The notes under the pieces were generated by a model. That model was not told where the DNA came from. It saw nothing but the letters and a program-made list of their open reading frames with translations, and ran no database searches. Shown here piece by piece: positions 1-6,417 of a DNA stretch of 7,653 bases; positions within the stretch are counted from its first letter, which is position 1; each line of letters begins with the position of its first letter. The position numbers were made by a program, and so were the translations under genes. Source of the stretch: Amoebophrya sp. A120 (Eukaryota; Protista; Dinoflagellata); contig CAJINV010000013.1 of assembly GCA_905178155.1 (NCBI GenBank), positions 1,130,177 to 1,137,829 of the forward strand, read 5' to 3'.

Positions 1-480
1 GCTGCCCCGCCCCGGCGCCCGTCCTCCATCCACGCGCGCGGCAGGGGCATCAGCGAGCCCCTTCTCTGCAAGGCTGCGCGCGGGAGAAGGGCGGGGGGGG
101 CACCAAGGCGCGCAGGGGCGGGGCACACAGGGGGCAGGCGGCACGGGCGGGCCACACCGCAAACGCGCGGGCGGGGCGTCACGTGCCAGCGCCTCGCATG
201 GCGCGGACTATTAGTTCCCTTGCCTCCTTCCCCCGTCCACTGGCGCCCGCCCGCTGCCGCGCTTTGCGTTGTTGCTTGGGCCTAAGGCTTGCCGCCACGC
301 AAACGCGCGCCCAGTGCGGGCGGGGTCCTCGCGCTCGCGCAACGACGGGAACCACGGGCGCCCCATGGCGCTCCGCCTTCGTTCGTTCAGCAAGAAGCGG
401 CGCAGATGCCTGGCCCCGTCCTGCATCAAAAATTTTCTCCCTTGCCCACCCTCTGGCGTTTTTCTTTCCCCCCTGTCCAC
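1..480. other. GC-rich, apparently non-coding block with G-runs, a 12-bp direct repeat and an imperfect hairpin
   Basis: G-tracts at 82-176; CGCAAACGCGCG at 158-169 and 298-309; arms 246-269 and 297-324 are imperfectly complementary. ORFs here have no recognisable protein features. Confidence 0.45.
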
Positions 481-734
481 TCGTTCACCCTCCCACTACG
501 CGACATAAGCTGCAGCCTTGTAATAACGATTTTTGAGAAGAACCGCAAATATTACGAAAGCCGATCAAGTATGCTGCGACCGGCAGGTCGAAACGATAAC
601 TTTATAGATACATGACGTGCGAAGAATCCTGCCTCTCGACTACGCTTGCTTTCACGAATTCAGAGGTGAACGGTTGAAATCGATACAACTTCACAGTCGT
701 CCCATTACGGGGCATGACCGCAGAATGCCATTCT

Positions 735-773
735 GGATTTGCGAATGGAATACGCGTCTCCGGATTTGCGAAT
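735..773 (+). repeat. 12-bp direct repeat GGATTTGCGAAT x2
   Basis: Exact copies at 735-746 and 762-773, about 110 nt downstream of the beta-adaptin stop. Confidence 0.6.
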
Positions 774-882
774 CAGTTAAAGTTTATCATTCTTGGTCTG
801 TATCCATGGTTGCAACCTAGATACTGTGACCGCAACGGATCCGGAGAACTTTTGCACAGTTTGCAACCGTCTGCCATTTCTA

Positions 883-966
883 TCAGGACTTCAAAATCGT
901 TTCAAACAATTTCTGCACGTGTGGCAAGATCGTTTCCTGGTCACTTCGCAGCTTCACCTGCGCAGC
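883..966 (-). CDS. AP1B1/AP2B1: beta-adaptin exon 8 ([27 protein letters not shown])
   Basis: Strand plus terminal amphipathic helix, as expected at the end of the appendage platform subdomain. An alternative canonical acceptor would start the exon at 957. Confidence 0.75.
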   Translation of the reverse strand, partial: AAQVKLRSDQETILPHVQKLFETILKS

Positions 967-3900
967 AGAATATGCATTCGCAAAAGTATCGCCCGCATCT
1001 TGCCGTGCAGAATGCCAAACCACGGAAGTTGGGGAGAGATCGGGAACGGGATCGCGATCATCTGTCATCATCATTGAAGCCCAAGGGTCGCATGATGAAC
1101 ATCACTACTTTCCCACAAGCATACAAGCATACGAACTTGTCCTTCAGCTGAGTGCAGCTGTGCTACACTTGAAAAGTGCGATACTTTTGCACGGGGCCAT
1201 ACTGCTCCGCGAATGACGATCTGCACGAAAAAGGCCATCCGGTTTGCAAAACAGCCGCCAAGTTGGAAGGAGTGCGTAGCGTTTTGGTCGAGCCCTACCC
1301 GGGTTTTGTCCACGTGGTGCACGAAAATTAAGTTGCGCTCCCGAAATTTTCGCAACAGCGTGGGCAAAAAGTGCTTTTCCTTCGTATCCGGATTGATGGG
1401 CACCACCACGAATTCGGACGTCGTTGCGCTAGAAGAAGCGGCCTCCGCGCCTCCAGTTCCGCTGGGTTTATTGGAGCTCTTCGGTTCCAACTTGCCCCAG
1501 TTTAAGTCGAACTGCGCCTGGGGAAGCGGCACGTCAGGGATCAGGATGGAGTGCAGCTCGAAGGGGATTTTGAAATACCACAGGTCCAGGTTCGTTTTCA
1601 GGGCCGCTTCCAAAACGATCAGGTTGTTCAACGTGAGAATGGTATTCATCGCGGCGGCGGCGGAACTATTGCTGTCCGGTGTTCCCGCTGTTTTCGCGGC
1701 GATCACGATGGGGATGACAATTGTCTTGGACTCCTTCGGCCGTAGCTGCTCGATGTCCAGGAAGGGTTTCTGCAGGCCGAGCGCGAGCTGGAAAAAGTTT
1801 TTGTTCACCTGCAGTTGGAAGTTCTGCAAGGTTTGCTTCGTGTTGTTCTGCAACGCGAGGAAGAGCAGCAGGGATTTATTGTTCTGGCTGGAACCTCCCG
1901 GCGCGGTAGAACTGCTGGAAGAAGTACTTCGGGCCAAGGAGGTTGCGATCTTGAGCCCTGTTTGGCCGCCCTTCCCCGGCTTCGTGTCCGGCAGCACCAA
2001 GGCGTATTTGACGCTTTCCGCCTGGCTCTGGCTGGTGACCGGACGGCCTTGATTTGATGTTGATGAGAGGCCTGCGGTAGTAGTTGCTGTTCCTCGCTGT
2101 GGCGGTGAGAAGGAAGACGAGGACTTGGCGTCTTCGAGCGCGGCAAGTACAGGGGTCGGCTTGTTTTTAGTACCACCTTGCTCGTCCGACGAGTCTTCGT
2201 CTCCGGACCCGTCTTCATCACTGGAACCGTCTCCCGAAGAATCTTCGTCTCTGTCCGAGGAATTTTCGCCTTCATCCTCCTCAGACGATGAGGATTCGTC
2301 GTCGCTTCCGGTTCCGCTCGCGGCCCCGCTCGCCGCCGAGCTGCTGGAATTGGTCGGTCCGCCGTTTTTAGACGCGTTCTCAAACTCGACGTGGCCCACG
2401 TTCGAAGACCCTGACAGCGGTCCGCCTTTCGCGATCGCGAGCGCCGTGGTGGACGAAGCGGGTCCTTGAGCGCTGGCGGAAGTCGTGCCCGCAGCGCCGG
2501 TCGTTCCGTCTTGCGGTGGTTTTCGGCCGGCTGCGTTCGAAGCAGATGCTGCATTCGGTCCTTTCTGCTTGTAATTTTCATCGAAACCCATTTCCGCCTG
2601 CAGTTGCCGCAGTCGCGCAACCGCGTTTTCCTCGTCTTCGCTGTCCATGTCCTCGTCATAGGCCTCCTTGTTGCGCTCAGCTATAGATCGCAAAAGATAG
2701 TGAGAATGAATAGTGGCCAAGTACAAATCGGCACAGTGTTGTTGTTCACAAGGTGTGCTCATTGAGAACACTTTACCACGATGTTATCCTACGTTTCGCG
2801 AACCTACTTCTTGCTGCTTTGAGCTAGTACAATCACACGACAAGAACTACCAGTAGGGAAAATCATTTACAACTTTTGCGAACTGCATAAGCGCGTTTTT
2901 CCCGCCTTGGTCCGCTAAATTGGACAGAAATTGCTCCGGGAGTTGCCGGTACACCGAGGAGAGGGAGCCCCACGTCTGCAGAATTTTGTCGTTCGTACTG
3001 TTCGAAGTCAAGCTGTTCTTCTCGTCGATAAGTATCCCGGGGAAAGAAGCGAGCATAGCATGCTGTTTAGGGTAAGCGCTTGCCTACTTATTAATTTTTG
3101 CATTACCAACTAAATGCTATGCTAGCTTTTTTCGGCGGGATAATGATCACTGGCTGCTTGGACAGAAGAATCTGCTTCGCGACCTTCGGGTCCGCGGAAA
3201 GCAAACGCCAGTACATGTAACTGGCGTAGTGTTCACGGTTGTATTTGAGCTTGAACAATTACGAAGTCAGTACTTACTTATGTATGATGTCTGCTGGTGC
3301 AGAACGCATAGTTGATATTGGTTCACTGACAAGCACAACAAGAGTACTATACCCTCGATCCCGCAAATCCGGATCATCGGCCTCTTCCGTGCAAAGCTTG
3401 AACTATCACATGCAAAGACGTCTGAGTTGGAGTCCAAGTCCTCGACCTCGTCCCGTTCACACACAAGTGAAAACACATATCACAGTTACATATTTCATGC
3501 GGTTTCATCTGCCGGATCGATTGTTACCAGTATTTCAAACGTAACACCCGCTCGACCAGCACAGTCAGACTTGTTGTTACGTAATTTTTTTTTCGGTGTC
3601 ATCTACGACTTCATCTCAGACATCCCATTTTCCCTCCTTATCAAGCACTTGGTGACGATTGGCTGCGTCCGGTTTCCTGGGCTTTTCAGGAACATTTTCA
3701 CGATCGCCGTGAGCAGCACCGTCTTCACCACCCCCGGTTCCTCGCGGAAATGCTGGACCTCCTGCTGCAGATTCGGCCGAGAACTACTACTGCCCCCGGT
3801 GAGAAAGTGTAGCAGAATCTCGTCCGCGTTGTCGATCCGCTCGCTGTGCTCCCCGAGTACGAAGATCAGGTTGGCTCGCGCCTCCGGCTCGTCGATGGTC

Positions 3901-5768
3901 TCCAAATGGTCGCACAAGACCTGGATGCATTTCTCGAACTTGCCCGGATACTTGCGGAAAAGCAGCGTCATGGTGATGATGGCCTCCTGCAAAACGTAGT
4001 GGACCTGCGTGTCCATCAATTCCATCAGTAAATTTACGCAGTACTCCGCGCACACCTCACTTTGCAGCGCGATTCTCCCGATGGTCTTTATCGTTTTCCG
4101 GACGAAATCAATGTCGACCTCCGAGGCGTAGTCTTTCAATTCCGACAGAACCGAGTCCAGCATGTTCGTGTCGACAGATGGACCGAGTTGTCCGGGTGGT
4201 CCCGAGGCGGTTGCGGGAGGACCACCCGCGGAAGAAAAGATGAGCAAGGGAAGCAGGTCCAGCTTCTCCATCTTTACAAACGTCGGATCGTTGTACTTGC
4301 AGTACAAAAGCTTCACGTCCAGCGAAAACCTCGCATTGGTGCTGGTCGAAGACGAAAAAACGTTCGCGTACTTTTTCAAAAATAGCTGCAGGTTCCGCAA
4401 AACCACGAACTGTATCTCGGAGTCCGAGTTCAGCAGCGTGATCAACGGCGGGCGCAGCTTCTGCAGATAAACCTGCTTCGTCTCTTGATTCGTGATGCTG
4501 TCCATCAACTTCAGGAACAGTTTCATGGTCGCCATCACCACCGCTTCGTTTGCGTGCGAGAGCCGCGGCGCCACCCGGTCCAGCAGCATCTCCGCTTGGC
4601 GACTCGTCGCGGGGTTGTAGCTGTGTGCGAGCGAGTCCAGGATGAAAACCTGGCCCCACTCCGTGCACTCATTCAACGCGTGCAGCAAGTTTTGCGTCAG
4701 CGCTTGGTCGACGATTTGCAAGTACAAGGGATTCTTCTTGCTCATCTCCGACAGCGCCGCAACGCAATTCGCGACCACCGCCGGGTTACTGCTTGTATGG
4801 GACAGAAAAAAGCAGCTACAACGTCGAACTCTGTCTTGTATTTTTACGCTAAACCTGCAACCATTATCTTGTTTCTTGGGTTTTGCAACAAAAACAGGTC
4901 GACCTGTGCGTTGTGTTTTCTCTGTGCGATACTCCGTCGTGAGATCCTTCAAAATTTCCGCGAACCCGTGCTCTTCCACCAGTTCTGCCTGGATGTCGTA
5001 CCACTATCCTATGCGAAAACGTCCCTCCCCGCAGCTAGTTCAGATGTGCCGTTGGCTACACGAATTGCAAAGTATTGCAGGTTGCGCATGAGCAGCTTAG
5101 AAATGAATACTTACAAAGATGATCGCGATCAGTTTCAGTTCGCATCCTCATATTGACTCGAGCATAAGGAGGTAGTCTGGTGTACCAGCGGCAGCGAGCG
5201 ACGCGCATTACAAACGACTACTTACTTTGTGCAGCTGCAGAAATTGCCAATCTGCAAGGTGGACAGTGCCTCACCTTTCGGATGGGAACGTTTCCACAAA
5301 AAATAGCAGCTTCGCGATACACATCACCGCGGTTTTGCGCACGTACGGGTCCTGGTCCCGACAGGACCGGCGCAGGGGCTCCAGGATGTACTCCGTCACA
5401 GCGTCCAGGCGGATGCAGCCCATGGTGCGCACCGCGAGCGCCCGGATCAACGGGTTGGGGTCCAGAGAGTCCTTGCGAAAGGTGTTGACTGCCAGGATCG
5501 CGAGCTCCGGCTGCGTGGCGGAGTAGTTCACAACGTACAGGTAGACGAGCTTTTTCAAATCCAGGCTGTTGGTTTGCATACAGTTTATAACGTCCGGAAA
5601 CAGCGAAGACACGTCCTTGCCCACCGTCATGGCCGCGATCACCTTCCGCACCGCCTCGCGTTTCTTCTCCAGCTTCTGGCTGTGCAACTCGTCGCGGAGC
5701 TCCTGCAGCTCCGACCGCTTGTTGCTCGTCGAAGAGCTGCTGAAAAAACGACCGTCGGCGGAAACCAT
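883..5768 (-). CDS. AP1B1/AP2B1: AP-1/AP-2 complex subunit beta (beta1/beta2-adaptin), 8-exon gene, ~1166 aa
   Basis: Beta1/2-adaptin motifs in order: [107 protein letters not shown], then a hinge and an appendage ([23 protein letters not shown]). Proposed exons: 5768-5307, 5000-4933, 4791-3642, 3399-3353, 3220-3144, 3028-2891, 2677-1203, 966-883, total 3501 nt (a multiple of 3), ATG at 5768, TGA at 885-883. The family call is secure; exact junctions are inferred. Confidence 0.95.
967..1202 (-). other. intron 7, GT...CT (or GT-AG ending at 958), ~236 nt, terminal inverted repeat
   Basis: Perfect 13-bp inverted repeat GCAAAAGTATCGC (1190-1178 / 980-992). Ends GTAT... and ...ATAT TCT give in-frame GCA|GCT. 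Confidence 0.75.
1203..2677 (-). CDS. AP1B1/AP2B1: beta-adaptin exon 7 (acidic/Ser-Gly hinge plus appendage)
   Basis: Bulk of ORF 1071..2771: low-complexity hinge, then appendage-like sequence ([30 protein letters not shown]). Confidence 0.82.
2678..2890 (-). other. intron 6, non-canonical (TT...TG), ~213 nt, terminal inverted repeat
   Basis: An intron is required because of the in-frame TAG at 2849-2847. Perfect 9-bp inverted repeat TCGCAAAAG (2881-2873 / 2688-2696). Ends TTAT... and ...ATAG CTG give in-frame C|AG. The protein is not conserved here, so exact ends rest on the motif. Confidence 0.68.
2891..3028 (-). CDS. AP1B1/AP2B1: beta-adaptin exon 6 (DEKNSL...[15 protein letters not shown]...GKNA)
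   Basis: [14 protein letters not shown] corresponds to the end-of-trunk motif GSLASVYHKPPxxF. The 3' boundary is inferred from the intron rule. Confidence 0.8.
3029..3143 (-). mobile_element. intron 5, non-canonical (TT...TA), 115 nt, MITE/introner-like with 31-bp imperfect inverted repeat
   Basis: 3144-3114 vs 3031-3061 match at 26/31. Ends are TTAT... and ...ATAC TTA; A|TC gives QPVI-I-DEK. A 118-nt alternative using the flanking ATC repeat is also in frame. Confidence 0.78.
3144..3220 (-). CDS. AP1B1/AP2B1: beta-adaptin exon 5 ([25 protein letters not shown])
   Basis: Conserved YxYWRLLS..DP motif; absent from the ORF track. Confidence 0.88.
3221..3352 (-). other. intron 4, GT-AG, 132 nt, degenerate terminal inverted repeat
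   Basis: GG|T restores RDRG-YMYW. Ends are GTATAGT... and ...ACTACGC CAG, in the same +1/-4 register but with weak pairing. Confidence 0.9.
3353..3399 (-). CDS. AP1B1/AP2B1: beta-adaptin exon 4 ([16 protein letters not shown])
   Basis: 47-nt exon absent from the ORF track; encodes the conserved DxPDLRDRG motif. Confidence 0.9.
3400..3641 (-). other. intron 3, non-canonical (AT...TC), 242 nt, sub-terminal inverted repeat
   Basis: TTG|AAG gives VTKCL|KLCTEE, co-linear with homologues. Ends are ATAA... and ...ATAG TTC. 3626-3607 pairs with 3415-3434 (15 WC + 3 G:U of 20). Confidence 0.82.
3642..4791 (-). CDS. AP1B1/AP2B1: beta-adaptin exon 3 (trunk, SNPAVVAN...TQPIVTKCL)
   Basis: Main body of ORF 3603..4979, with continuous HEAT/ARM trunk similarity. 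Confidence 0.92.
4792..4932 (-). other. intron 2, GT-AG, 141 nt, stop-free and in frame, with terminal inverted repeat
   Basis: GA|C restores the conserved D of DSNP. Ends are GTAT... and ...ATAC AAG. 4932-4916 pairs with 4795-4811 (14 WC + 1 G:U of 17). Confidence 0.9.
4933..5000 (-). CDS. AP1B1/AP2B1: beta-adaptin exon 2 ([23 protein letters not shown])
   Basis: Matches the conserved LYDIxxxLVExxGFxxxLKDL segment. Confidence 0.9.
5001..5306 (-). other. intron 1, non-canonical (CT...GG), 306 nt, introner-like with terminal stem
   Basis: Removal joins AAG CTG|TAC GAC (KL|YD), the conserved reading. Ends are CTAT... and ...ATAG TGG. 5309-5285 pairs with 5001-5025 at 24/25 positions (7 G:U). 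Can slide 1 nt (GC...TG) giving the same mRNA. Confidence 0.88.
5307..5768 (-). CDS. AP1B1/AP2B1: beta-adaptin exon 1 (MVSADGRFF...VMCIAKL)
   Basis: Part of ORF 5271..5840. Similarity to beta-adaptin N-termini starts at the ATG at 5768 and ends after CIAKL. Confidence 0.92.
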
Positions 5769-5788
5769 TTTGTGCTTTGGCTGTTGGA

Positions 5789-5812
5789 CTAAGTAAGTAA
5801 GTACAATAAAAG
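5789..5812 (-). promoter_or_regulatory. candidate 3' splice / trans-splice acceptor upstream of the beta-adaptin ATG
   Basis: Minus strand reads TTTTATTGTACTTACTTACTTAG: a T-rich tract ending in AG (5790-5789), 20 nt before the ATG. Function is inferred only. Confidence 0.3.
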
Positions 5813-6417
5813 GCCTCACATGTAGACCGGTGAACGACACCGCACTAGCGGAGTACTGTCAAGAACCCAGACAAAGATTCTTCACTTGTAAGTTACACTA
5901 GGACCAAGCCCTTTGTAAAACACTACTTCACAGCACAGTGGCCAGTGCTGCGCTTTGCGGAAACGAATCCAGATCAAATTCGCGGCTGTACTTCTTGTTG
6001 TATCCGCTCTCTCTTCTTCTTCATTGTAGAAGCCGTTATTTTCAAGTAGTGATTGATGTGCTGCTGCTCCTTCTTTCGTGCCACTCTTTTGGCTCAAAGC
6101 CAGCCACCGCTCAGAGAGAACCAGAGTAGGGAAAAACTGAAGAAGACAATTGGCACGTCCTCTTAAACGCCAGAACGCAGAAAGAAGAACTCGTAGCGCG
6201 TCAGCGCTCTTTCCATGGGTAAGTACCCTTGTACTCACTTTTGTAGATACTCAACTTCTATGCCTGCGTGGATGTGTCGCTTATGTTTGTATGTTGATGT
6301 CGCTGAAACATGCGTACGCGTAGAAATGACTAGTAGTAGAGCAATGAATAATATGACTAAGATTTGTTTTTTCAATCTTCATCATGGTCGTTCCACCTTC
6401 CCACGCTGCCCCCAGCC

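Noticed and set aside
183-820. Short ORFs and a small hairpin (CGACC/GGTCG near 577-590) as genes or a terminator
   Set aside because: ORFs are composition-driven with no motifs; the 5-bp stem is too short and intrinsic terminators are not expected in this context.
1213-2765. Plus-strand ORFs (1213..2052, 2125..2469, 2466..2765 etc.) and alternate-frame ORF 1805..2659
   Set aside because: Antisense or off-frame shadows of exon 7 with no recognisable motifs.
5001-5309. Bulge-helix-bulge (tRNA endonuclease) substrate or group I/II introns
   Set aside because: Exon-overhang pairing is seen only in I1; I see no paired 3-nt bulges around a 4-bp helix and no group I/II core motifs.
967-5310. Intact target-site duplications at every intron
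   Set aside because: The 5 nt flanking each TAT...ATA unit match at only 1-3 of 5 positions; only I3 and I5 are suggestive.
883-5768. Beta-adaptin as a frameshifted pseudogene or several separate genes
   Set aside because: All conserved blocks are present, in order and stop-free; every break coincides with an inverted-repeat-bounded insert whose removal restores the frame.
3427-5796. Plus-strand ORFs overlapping exons 1-3 (3427..3999, 4485..5156, 5569..5796 etc.)
   Set aside because: Antisense shadows of a strongly conserved coding strand.
5769-5840. N-terminal extension from GTG at 5840
   Set aside because: Non-ATG start in a eukaryote; homology starts at the ATG at 5768.
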